A stretch of 64,000 nucleotides of DNA from Euryarchaeota archaeon UBA23. GTDB taxonomy: Archaea > Thermoplasmatota > Poseidoniia > Poseidoniales > Thalassarchaeaceae. Made by a program: the position numbers and the translations under genes. The DNA lies in assembly GCA_002498725.1 (NCBI GenBank), contig DAIJ01000017.1:15512-79511 (forward strand), written 5' to 3'. The notes beneath the pieces are model-generated. The model was not told the DNA's origin. It saw nothing but the letters and a program-made list of their open reading frames with translations, and did no database searches. Shown here piece after piece: positions 38,614-47,303 of the stretch (its first letter is position 1; the number at the start of each line of letters is the position of its first letter).

Positions 38614-39729
38614 ATGTCTCGTACTTCTAGGGTAAGTAATCCATTATTGAGCGAGCATTTTTCTGAACTTAATAAGTTATTTTTTCGTTCTTCCCTGAGT
38701 CTTCTTTTTGCAATCATTATTTGGGCATTTTATGTTGATAATATACTGGATACTTGGACGTCGATAATCACACCCTCTTCAGCTCTTTCAATCTATGGCC
38801 CCTATGACTGGTTAGAAATAAGATGGACAGCTATTCTTATTCTTTCAGTTGTTTCCATTCTGCCAATTATTTGTTATGAAATAAGACGATTTACATTATC
38901 AGGTTTAACAAAGAAAGAAAAGATCTGGCTTAATTCCTACCTATTAATTAGTGTTCTAATGATCCCATTCATACTTTACGTAACATGGTTTATATCAATA
39001 CCAGAATTCATAAATCATTTTTCCAGATTGGAATCAATCGATGGAATCAATAATCGTTATGATGCTAAAGAAATTTTTTCTCTGGCTAGTGGTTTTTCTT
39101 GGATAATAATAATTACTTTTCTTTCCACTTTATCGGTCAGTTTGATAAATTTTTTTGGTTTTTCTGAAAAAGAAAAAAGTTACTTCTCAACAAGGATTTT
39201 CTTGATTTGTGGCGGTATATTAATACTGACTCTCCCCTCTGTTTTTGAGGGCATTAGAGTAACTATAGCTCTGACATCAATTTCTATAGCATTTCTAATT
39301 TCCAGAACTACTCCAAGAGTTTCTCTCCGTAGGCACCATTTGAATATTCAGAATTTAGTTGGCTCATCTGGTGACTCTCAAAGAATAGCTCTTTTGGATT
39401 GTTCCTGTGAAGGAGCTTGTCCAAGCCTGTCCACTAATCAGATTTCAGGGGGTTCATTTCTAGGAATAGCTAATTTATCCTGCAAAGCACTATGTCTTGA
39501 AGTGGAGGAACAATATTCACTTATGCAATTAGCTAATACAGAAAATCTTAGTAAAATCGTAATAACAGGTTGTGATGGAACTCCTTTACCATTCTTAATG
39601 AAAAATAAATTAAATAAAATAGGTACAAATATTGAAGGCCTTCAATGGCTCAATCTCCCGGCTAATGTCTCGGAAGATTGGTTAAATAAATCCCTGGAGG
39701 ATTATTTCTCAGATCTTCAGGTAGAATAA
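38614..39729 (+). CDS. tatC: divergent TatC-like translocase subunit fused to a roughly 135-aa Cys-rich C-terminal domain
   Basis: Collinear by eye with E. coli TatC: PLLSEHFSELNKLF (cf. PLITHLIELRKRL), YEIRRFTLSGLTKKEK (cf. YQVWAFIAPALYKHER), LTLPSVFEG (cf. LTPPDVFSQ), with 6 hydrophobic segments. The tail from about nt 39316 contains 7 Cys. Confidence 0.7.
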   Translation: MSRTSRVSNPLLSEHFSELNKLFFRSSLSLLFAIIIWAFYVDNILDTWTSIITPSSALSIYGPYDWLEIRWTAILILSVVSILPIICYEIRRFTLSGLTKKEKIWLNSYLLISVLMIPFILYVTWFISIPEFINHFSRLESIDGINNRYDAKEIFSLASGFSWIIIITFLSTLSVSLINFFGFSEKEKSYFSTRIFLICGGILILTLPSVFEGIRVTIALTSISIAFLISRTTPRVSLRRHHLNIQNLVGSSGDSQRIALLDCSCEGACPSLSTNQISGGSFLGIANLSCKALCLEVEEQYSLMQLANTENLSKIVITGCDGTPLPFLMKNKLNKIGTNIEGLQWLNLPANVSEDWLNKSLEDYFSDLQVE

Positions 39730-39730
39730 T

Positions 39731-40798
39731 TCACTCTTCGTCGTATCCATTTTCTATATCTCTCATCTTAGCGAGCTCTCTCATGTCTTCATGTGCAACT
39801 CCTTCCTGTATGGCTTGCTGATCTGATTCATCAACAATTTCAACACCAAGTAGGGTCTCGATTATATCTTCCATTGTAACCAAACCTACAGTTCCTCCAA
39901 AGTCGTCTTTGACAACCAATAATTGTACTTTATTTTCTAGAAGTATATCTAGGGCTTTATCAACTGAGTCATCATATCTACAACTATGTACTTTTCTAGA
40001 GATATCTATCATATTAGGTTCAAAATCATCAGCTGCTGCACGTCTTAAAATTTCACTTCTAAGTACCAATCCCTTGATATTATCAACATCTCCGTCGTAA
40101 ACAGGCATACGTCCGTATACCATTATCGGTATTCTTTCTATTACTTGTCTAATATTTTCTTCTGCTGAAACACATGTAATAACAACTCTCGGCGTCATTA
40201 TTGTCTGAATTTCTATATCTCTCAATCGAAGTAAATTTTGTATAACAGTTTCTTCATCTTCTTCAATAATATCGGATTCTTCAGCAATATCGGCTAATAC
40301 TGCTAATTCATCACGAGTTACTGTTTCAGTTTGTACCTCTGGTAACATACTTCTAATTTTTTCAACAGGCCAAACAATAATCCATGAAAGGATTATCAGT
40401 GTCTTTAGCATATATCCAGAAGAAATAGTCATTTTTCTCCAGTACAAAGTTCCTATAGTCTTAGGAAGTATTTCAGATAAAAGAAGAATTCCAATAGTTA
40501 GAACTGCGGAAGCTATTGCAACACCATACTCTCCTGGATGAAGATTTTCAACTTGAGTTCCAACTCCCAAGGCACCAACAGTATGTGCTATAGTATTGAG
40601 AGTTAATATTGCGGTTAATGGCCTTTCAGGGTCGTCTTTGTAACCTATCCACAACTCACTGGTCTTAGGGTGCTTTTCAGCCATGCTTATTATATGCCCT
40701 CGTGTTGTTGAAAGCAGGACTGCTTCTAGTATACTGCAAAGGAAAGAAACTCCCAATGCAAGAGTGGCATAAGCAATGATTAGTGTCCATGTACTCAA
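39731..40798 (-). CDS. DUF21 (CNNM/CorB-type) membrane protein with a CBS-pair domain; putative Mg2+/divalent-cation transporter
   Basis: FLCSILEAVLLS and LTLNTIAHTVGA DUF21 motifs, CBS pair IMTPRVV...GRMPVYDGDVDNIKGLV and VQLLVVKDDFGGTVGLVTMEDI. TTG 40798 lies 7 nt after GAGGTGA; the open frame extends to TTG 40942. Confidence 0.8.
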   Translation of the reverse strand: MSTWTLIIAYATLALGVSFLCSILEAVLLSTTRGHIISMAEKHPKTSELWIGYKDDPERPLTAILTLNTIAHTVGALGVGTQVENLHPGEYGVAIASAVLTIGILLLSEILPKTIGTLYWRKMTISSGYMLKTLIILSWIIVWPVEKIRSMLPEVQTETVTRDELAVLADIAEESDIIEEDEETVIQNLLRLRDIEIQTIMTPRVVITCVSAEENIRQVIERIPIMVYGRMPVYDGDVDNIKGLVLRSEILRRAAADDFEPNMIDISRKVHSCRYDDSVDKALDILLENKVQLLVVKDDFGGTVGLVTMEDIIETLLGVEIVDESDQQAIQEGVAHEDMRELAKMRDIENGYDEE

Positions 40799-40992
40799 AG
40801 TGAATTCACCTCTGAATCCAAGCCTAGATTCTGACGCAGAAAGATATGTTTGTGTATCACGACTGTTCGTGCTCCGACCCCAATGGAAAAGACGCTGACA
40901 TAAATATGTGATCATTAGAGGTATAGTAACAAGTAAATCCAAAATAGAGATGCTGCACGTTAACTTATCTATTTGTCAGCGGGTGTGCAGTT

Positions 40993-43134
40993 TTGGAATA
41001 TGTTACAATCTTCATGGCTTGGCCATATGCGAATGGTCCGTTACATTTAGGCCACGTCGCAGGGAATTGTTTACCGGCCGATATCCAGTACAAATATGAG
41101 AGAGCCAGAGGACGTAGAGTGCTGATGTGTAGTGGTTCAGATGAGCATGGAACTCCTATTACAGTTACGGCGGAAGAACGAGGAATCTCGCCACAGTTAG
41201 TTGTTGATGAATTTCATGAGATTAATAGACGCGCTTTAGATGGTCTTGGCTGTTCATGGAGTGATAATATTGATTCTAGGGGCATAGAATATGGTGGGTC
41301 ATTGTATAATAGAACAACCGATAAAAGACATAAAGAGATAGTTAAGGAAATTTTCACTCAATTATATGAAAATAAAATGCTTGAACTCCAAACAATGCAG
41401 CAATATTGTGAAATTGATTCAAAAGGAAAAATTCGTTTTTTGCCAGATAGATATGTAATTGGTACCTGCCCTCATTGTGGTGAAGACGATGCCCGTGGCG
41501 ATCAATGTGATTCCTGTGGCGCCACTTATGAGGCAAACGAATTATTGGCCCCTCGTTCAAAAACAAACCCTGATGCTAAAATTGAGATTAGAGACACAGA
41601 TCATCTTTTTTATCGATTAGATCTTTTTCAAGATGATTTAGCCGACCACGCATCTAAAAAACAGAGAATATGGAAGCCCAATGTTAGGGCAATGACGCAG
41701 AATTGGTTGAATATGGGTTTGAGGCCAAGAGCTGTTACAAGAGATATTGAATGGGGTATAAAAATCCCAATAGATGAGGAAGAATGGAATAAAAAAAGAA
41801 TTTATGTCTGGTTTGAAGCAGTCCAAGGTTATTACACATGTTCTAAAATCTGGGCTGAACGTTTTGCACAAAACCATTCAGATGGGAAAAATGCGTGGAA
41901 AAATTGGTGGATTAAGAAAGAAGGTCATGACTTGAAACACCTTTATTTCATGGGCAAAGACAACATTCCATTCCATACAATAATCTGGCCTGCAATAATT
42001 ATGGGTCTGAATAAGACCCTAGACTCGGATTCGAAATTACATTTGGAAGACAATGTTCCGGCTAATGAATATCTAATGTTACAAGGAGGTCAGTTTAGCA
42101 AATCTAGAAGGCATGGTGTTTGGTTACCTGCATTTTTAGAAAGATATGATCCTGATACTCTACGGTATTATCTCTCAATAAATATGCCAGAAGGTCACGA
42201 TACCGATTTCCGCTGGGAAGACTTTGTTGAACGAGTAAATAATGAATTAATAGGAAATTATGGCAATTTTGTCCATCGTGTAATGACATTAAGTCAAAGA
42301 TTATCTGAAAATGGAAAAGAAAATCCTCTAATGAAATTTGATAATAATTCAGATCATGATGATTTCTATCAATATATTAGAAAATGTATATCTGAGGCTA
42401 TTTCATCTATGGAAAAACAGCGTTTTAAGGAAGCTCTTAGACATATTATGAATATTTCTCAGTCAGGTAATGCATATTTACAGAAGGCTGAGCCATGGAA
42501 ATATATCAATGCTGAAGATTCAAAAGAACGCAGTAATTCTCTAAGTTCACTTACTGCTTGTTGGAGAGCATGTAAATCTCTTGCAATTTTGACATCCCCC
42601 TTCCTTCCTTTCCAATCTGAGCGGCTATGGAGTCAATTGGGAGAAGCAGGAAAGGCATGCAATCAATTATGGGATGATGCTAGCAATTTTGAAACAGATC
42701 TAAATTGGTCTAATAAACAACCCACACCTCTATTCCAGAGATTAGATTTAGATGAAATACTCAAGAATGAGTCTATGCTGGCAGAATCCGAAGAAGAAGG
42801 GGCTGATTACATAGAATTTGATGATTTCATGAAAGTAGAAATGAAGACTGGTCGTATATTAGATGTTCAAGATCACCCTAATGCAGACAAATTATATGTT
42901 GTTACTATTGAAGACTCCCCCAACTCAACAAGAACTGTCTGTGCAGGACTAAAATCATATTATTCTCCCGAACAATTAGTAGGAAAGTCGGTAGTATTTG
43001 TTGCGAATCTAAAACCAAGGAAAATCAGAGGGGTAATGTCTGAAGGAATGATGCTTGCTGCAGAAGACGAATCGGGCAATGTAACATTGTTAACAACAGA
43101 TGATGAAATTGCATCCGGCTCCGGTGTTCGCTAG
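40993..43134 (+). CDS. metG: methionine--tRNA ligase with a C-terminal tRNA-binding (EMAP/Trbp111-like) domain
   Basis: PYANGPLHLGHVAG (HIGH), zinc knuckle CPHCGE...CDSCG, KFSKSR (KMSKS), C-terminal HPNADKLYV...VANLKPRKIRGVMSEGM. TTG start. Confidence 0.93.
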   Translation: MEYVTIFMAWPYANGPLHLGHVAGNCLPADIQYKYERARGRRVLMCSGSDEHGTPITVTAEERGISPQLVVDEFHEINRRALDGLGCSWSDNIDSRGIEYGGSLYNRTTDKRHKEIVKEIFTQLYENKMLELQTMQQYCEIDSKGKIRFLPDRYVIGTCPHCGEDDARGDQCDSCGATYEANELLAPRSKTNPDAKIEIRDTDHLFYRLDLFQDDLADHASKKQRIWKPNVRAMTQNWLNMGLRPRAVTRDIEWGIKIPIDEEEWNKKRIYVWFEAVQGYYTCSKIWAERFAQNHSDGKNAWKNWWIKKEGHDLKHLYFMGKDNIPFHTIIWPAIIMGLNKTLDSDSKLHLEDNVPANEYLMLQGGQFSKSRRHGVWLPAFLERYDPDTLRYYLSINMPEGHDTDFRWEDFVERVNNELIGNYGNFVHRVMTLSQRLSENGKENPLMKFDNNSDHDDFYQYIRKCISEAISSMEKQRFKEALRHIMNISQSGNAYLQKAEPWKYINAEDSKERSNSLSSLTACWRACKSLAILTSPFLPFQSERLWSQLGEAGKACNQLWDDASNFETDLNWSNKQPTPLFQRLDLDEILKNESMLAESEEEGADYIEFDDFMKVEMKTGRILDVQDHPNADKLYVVTIEDSPNSTRTVCAGLKSYYSPEQLVGKSVVFVANLKPRKIRGVMSEGMMLAAEDESGNVTLLTTDDEIASGSGVR

Positions 43135-43142
43135 AATTTTTA

Positions 43143-43673
43143 TTAAGGGCGATCAAAAAATTCCCATTGGACATTAGCAAGCTCCTGATTACTGCTTGCT
43201 AATTCATATGCTTCTAGAGGCTCTTTATTTAGTGTGAAAAATTGCTCACAAAACTTGAATGGTTTCATTATTTTCTCTGCTTGTTTTCTTCTCCCCAATA
43301 GAATTAATGCTACAGCAAATGCTTCAACATTGGATAACCTACCTGGTTTACCCCATGAAACAGGATTGGCAGCGAGAACTATTGGTAATGTTCTATTATC
43401 TAATCTAGTTTTATTGCTAAGATATTCAACCGAAGAATCTATCTGTTTCCAAGAGCAATCCAGTCCAACCAATGCACCTCCTTTTTCAATCAAATTTCGT
43501 TCATCTGGTCCAATGAGTTGGCCGGCTAAAGGATCCAGTAAAATTCCTCTTTTAGGGGATTTTTTTAGATCTTTGTGCAAATTGCAAAAACCGAATTTTT
43601 CCATTCTGCGCGATGAACATTTTCTTGGATCATCTTGATCCAAATGTATTACATGGAGTGGTATATCCTCCAC
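43143..43673 (-). CDS. tsr3: 16S rRNA aminocarboxypropyltransferase Tsr3
   Basis: HLDQDDPRKCSSRRM, LVGLDCSW and VEAFAVALILLG are typical of Tsr3/DUF367. Confidence 0.8.
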   Translation of the reverse strand: MEDIPLHVIHLDQDDPRKCSSRRMEKFGFCNLHKDLKKSPKRGILLDPLAGQLIGPDERNLIEKGGALVGLDCSWKQIDSSVEYLSNKTRLDNRTLPIVLAANPVSWGKPGRLSNVEAFAVALILLGRRKQAEKIMKPFKFCEQFFTLNKEPLEAYELASSNQELANVQWEFFDRP

Positions 43674-43674
43674 A

Positions 43675-44151
43675 CTAATCTCTCCTTTTCAGCATCTCCT
43701 CGTAAACATCACCGATGGTCATAGAACGTGAGTTAGATCCCAATTGTCTTGTATTCTCAGTAGTATTTTCCATCATCAATTCTATGTCTAGAACCTTCTC
43801 AATTTTTCTTATTAATGAATCAGTAGGTCGACTTCCATTTTCTATTCTTTGAACAGTATTAATACGTTCATTCATTCTTCTTGCAAACTCTCTTTGATCC
43901 CAACCTTTTGCAGATCTTGCATTTCTTATTCTAATATGAAAATCATCGGTCAACTCTTTTTCACCTTTTGCCATAATATTATTCTTTTTGGAAAGCGAGG
44001 TGGCAGATTTTTTAGGGACAATTGGTTTTGATATTGGCTTTTCTAAACCCAATCTTTCAATGCACCTATTACAGGCATCAACACGAGCTCCCGAGGCTTT
44101 TGTTCTGAACGTGGTAACTTTGTCCGATCCGCATAGTTCACAGGTTGCCAT
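43675..44151 (-). CDS. mbf1: archaeal MBF1 (zinc ribbon plus HTH_XRE)
   Basis: MATCELCGS...CNRC ribbon and IRNARSAKGWDQREFARRMNERINTVQRIENG HTH. The track start 44181 adds 10 residues. Confidence 0.85.
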   Translation of the reverse strand: MATCELCGSDKVTTFRTKASGARVDACNRCIERLGLEKPISKPIVPKKSATSLSKKNNIMAKGEKELTDDFHIRIRNARSAKGWDQREFARRMNERINTVQRIENGSRPTDSLIRKIEKVLDIELMMENTTENTRQLGSNSRSMTIGDVYEEMLKRRD

Positions 44152-44226
44152 TGACCATCCGTATAGGTAGTCAGCAATCATACCTTCGGGTAGTAAGTAT
44201 CAATACAAATCCCTAGATGCCACACT

Positions 44227-45459
44227 GTGACAAGCGGTTCTGATGTTGAATCCAATTCATCGGAAGATTCCAATTTCAATCGTTCAATTAACAATAATAT
44301 AGAACTTCTAGAGGCTAAGATAAATGATCTTACTACTTTAAGTCAAGAGTTGTTAACTGAGAAATTATTTCTTGAAAATGAAGTTATTCAATTGAAGAAA
44401 AGAGCATCTCGTTTGGATGAGGAAATTAGTAATTTAAGATCCCCACCACTAATAGTTGGTAATATTCAGGATTTTAATGGTGATTATGCAATTGTAAGAA
44501 GTTCAAATGGTACCGTTTTTCAAGTTTCATTTAATCAAAGAATCGATCCCGTATTACTAAAACCCGGTGCTCGTGTTTCACTTAACCAAGATTCTTTATC
44601 AATTATTGATGTACTTAGTGATTCCTGGGACACTCTTGTAACTACTAGCGAAGTTATTGAAAAACCTCTCATTAGATATTCTGAAATAGGTGGCTTGGAT
44701 TCAGAGATAATGAAATTAAAAGACACAATAGAATTACCTCTTAAAAATCCTGAATTATTCGAAAAGATGGGTATTGAAGCACCCAAGGGAGTTCTTCTTT
44801 GCGGTCCACCTGGTACTGGTAAGACAATGCTTGCTAAGGCTGTTGCAAATGCCACTAATGCCACCTTTCTTGGTATTGTTGGTTCTGAATTGGCACAGAA
44901 ATATATCGGCGAAGGTGGAAGATTAGTGAGGGAACTTTTTGATTTAGCACGTGACAAATCACCTTCAATCATATTTATCGATGAAATTGATGCAATTGGA
45001 TCGAAAAGGCTTGATAGTTCTACATCAGGAGATAGGGAAGTCCAAAGAACATTAATGCAATTGTTGGCAGAATTAGATGGTTTCTCCTCACTTAAAGATG
45101 TCAAGATTATCGCGGCCACAAATAGGCCTGAATTACTAGACAAAGCTCTTTTGAGACCAGGTAGATTTGATCGTATTATAGAAATCGGACTTCCCGATTA
45201 CCAAGGTAGATTACAAATTTTAAAAATTATTACTAAAAATGTCCCACTTACTAATGGGATAAAACTTGAATCTATATCTAAGAAAACAGACGGTTTTAGT
45301 GGAGCAGATTTGAAATCTTTAATTTTAGAATCTGGGATGAAAGCAATTACAGATGGAAATGCTAAGATTTCCTTAGAAAATTTAGAAAATGCTTTGATTA
45401 TTGTCAATAATCAGAAGAAAGAATCCGTATTTGGAGATCCATCTGCTCTGTATGGCTAA
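44227..45459 (+). CDS. pan: proteasome-activating nucleotidase PAN (AAA+ ATPase)
   Basis: N-terminal coiled coil, OB region, Walker A GPPGTGKTMLAKAVA, Walker B IIFIDEIDA, ATNRPELLDKALLRPGRFD. GTG start. Confidence 0.92.
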   Translation: MTSGSDVESNSSEDSNFNRSINNNIELLEAKINDLTTLSQELLTEKLFLENEVIQLKKRASRLDEEISNLRSPPLIVGNIQDFNGDYAIVRSSNGTVFQVSFNQRIDPVLLKPGARVSLNQDSLSIIDVLSDSWDTLVTTSEVIEKPLIRYSEIGGLDSEIMKLKDTIELPLKNPELFEKMGIEAPKGVLLCGPPGTGKTMLAKAVANATNATFLGIVGSELAQKYIGEGGRLVRELFDLARDKSPSIIFIDEIDAIGSKRLDSSTSGDREVQRTLMQLLAELDGFSSLKDVKIIAATNRPELLDKALLRPGRFDRIIEIGLPDYQGRLQILKIITKNVPLTNGIKLESISKKTDGFSGADLKSLILESGMKAITDGNAKISLENLENALIIVNNQKKESVFGDPSALYG

Positions 45460-45497
45460 GCATAACCCTCTTCAGCGATTTTGAATTGGAGTAAATT

Positions 45498-46544
45498 ATG
45501 GCGTCGCGTTGGATTGAATGTGTGCCAAATTTCAGTGAAGGACGAGACTCGGATATTATCGACAAGATTGTCCAACCAATAATTGATACTCATTCAGTAA
45601 CACTTCTTGATGTAGATATGGGCTATGATTTCAATAGAACAGTTGTTACAATGGTCGGTGAACCTGAGGCAGTACTAGATGCAGTAATTGAATGTACAAA
45701 AATTGCAATTAAATTAATTGATATGAGAAAACACTCAGGTGAGCATGCGCGTATGGGTGCTGTCGATGTGGTTCCTTTTATCCCTCTAAGTGGTACAACT
45801 ATTGCTGATTGCGTTAAACTATCTGAAAGGTATGCAGAAGCAGTATCTGAAATGTTAAATTTACCAATTTTCTTGTATGCAGAGGCAGCAAGAACCAAAC
45901 AAAGGAAGAGACTACCTGATATTAGAAAAGGCGAATATGAAGGCATGGAGAAAAAGATCAAATTAGAGGAATGGAAGCCTGATTATGGCCCTACCTCCTT
46001 CTCTCCTTCAATGGGTGTTACAGCAACTGGCGCCAGGCAAATCCTCATAGCCTACAATGTTAATTTAAACACAGATGACAAGAAAATCGCAAATTTTATT
46101 GCCTCCGTTATTAGGACTAGTGGCGCATTAATTAAAGATAAAAATGGGAATAAGGTGTTGGATGTTGATGGTAATCCGTTGCGCTCATCTGGAAAATTTC
46201 AGGCCTTACAAGCTGCTGGATGGATGTTTGATGAAAACACTGCTCAAGTTTCAATGAACCTCCTAGATCACAATATTACAGGACTATACGATGTTACTGA
46301 AACTATTCGTGCTGAAGCCGAGAAATTAGGGTATTATGTTACAGGATCAGAACTTGTGGGTCTAGTTCCATTAGATGCTATGTTATCTACTGGGAAGAAA
46401 TATGTTAAAAATTCTGAACATTCTAATAGGATGGAATTAGTAAATGCCGCTATAGATGGTTTATCATTAGATAGAATTACTGATTTCGACCCTCGTTCGA
46501 GCATTATAGAGTGGGCAATAGAAGATAAGATGGTGAATCAATGA
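45498..46544 (+). CDS. glutamate formimidoyltransferase (FtcD N-terminal-type domain as a stand-alone protein)
   Basis: IECVPNFSEGRD signature and overall length. Confidence 0.85.
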   Translation: MASRWIECVPNFSEGRDSDIIDKIVQPIIDTHSVTLLDVDMGYDFNRTVVTMVGEPEAVLDAVIECTKIAIKLIDMRKHSGEHARMGAVDVVPFIPLSGTTIADCVKLSERYAEAVSEMLNLPIFLYAEAARTKQRKRLPDIRKGEYEGMEKKIKLEEWKPDYGPTSFSPSMGVTATGARQILIAYNVNLNTDDKKIANFIASVIRTSGALIKDKNGNKVLDVDGNPLRSSGKFQALQAAGWMFDENTAQVSMNLLDHNITGLYDVTETIRAEAEKLGYYVTGSELVGLVPLDAMLSTGKKYVKNSEHSNRMELVNAAIDGLSLDRITDFDPRSSIIEWAIEDKMVNQ

Positions 46545-47149
46545 ACGATGATTATAGAGATGTATTACGGACAATTGAGTCTACTTCTCCAACTCCTGGC
46601 GGTGGTGCTGTTGCTGCTTTGATCCTCGGTCACGGAATTGCTCTCAATAGAATGGTGTGTGGATTGACCCTAGGGCGTGAAAAATGGATAGATGGGCATA
46701 AAATAGCAAATGATTTTCTTAATTTATCCGAATCTTGGATTGATGCTTCAATCATTAAGGCGAATGTTGATTGTGAAGCTTTTGAAAAAGTTATGTTGGC
46801 ATATAAATTTCCAAAGGACACAGAAGAAGAAAAAAACCAACGTAAACTAGCAATTAATGAAGCCAATAAATTAGCTATTGAATCTCCATTAGATATTGCG
46901 CATTTTTGTCTTAAAGTAATGAATGAAATGCCAGATATCGCTAAAACTTGCAATTCCAATGCCATTACCGATCTTGGAACCGCAAATAATCTAATCTTAG
47001 CCGCAACTGAATCAGCAGCACTAAATGTAAGAATTAATTTTTCATCATCTGAAGATAATTATGATTATGAATTAAAAATAGAAAAAATTACTAACGAAAC
47101 TCGTAATTTGCACAGTATAATCAATAGGATTGTAAATGATAGGATGTGA
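46541..47149 (+). CDS. formimidoyltetrahydrofolate cyclodeaminase
   Basis: SPTPGGGAVAALILGHGIALNRMV signature. 4-nt overlap with the transferase gene. Confidence 0.85.
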   Translation: MNDDYRDVLRTIESTSPTPGGGAVAALILGHGIALNRMVCGLTLGREKWIDGHKIANDFLNLSESWIDASIIKANVDCEAFEKVMLAYKFPKDTEEEKNQRKLAINEANKLAIESPLDIAHFCLKVMNEMPDIAKTCNSNAITDLGTANNLILAATESAALNVRINFSSSEDNYDYELKIEKITNETRNLHSIINRIVNDRM

Positions 47150-47303
47150 TTAAATTAGTGATACTGATTTTCAGCGTTTAATAAGGCAAGGTATTCCTAC
47201 TAATTTACCCGAAAAACCCAATTTTAACTCTGATATCAATCGAGCTCCCAAAAGACCCGATGTACTTTCTTTAAAGGAAAAAATCTTAGCAGTTGAAAAT
47301 GCA

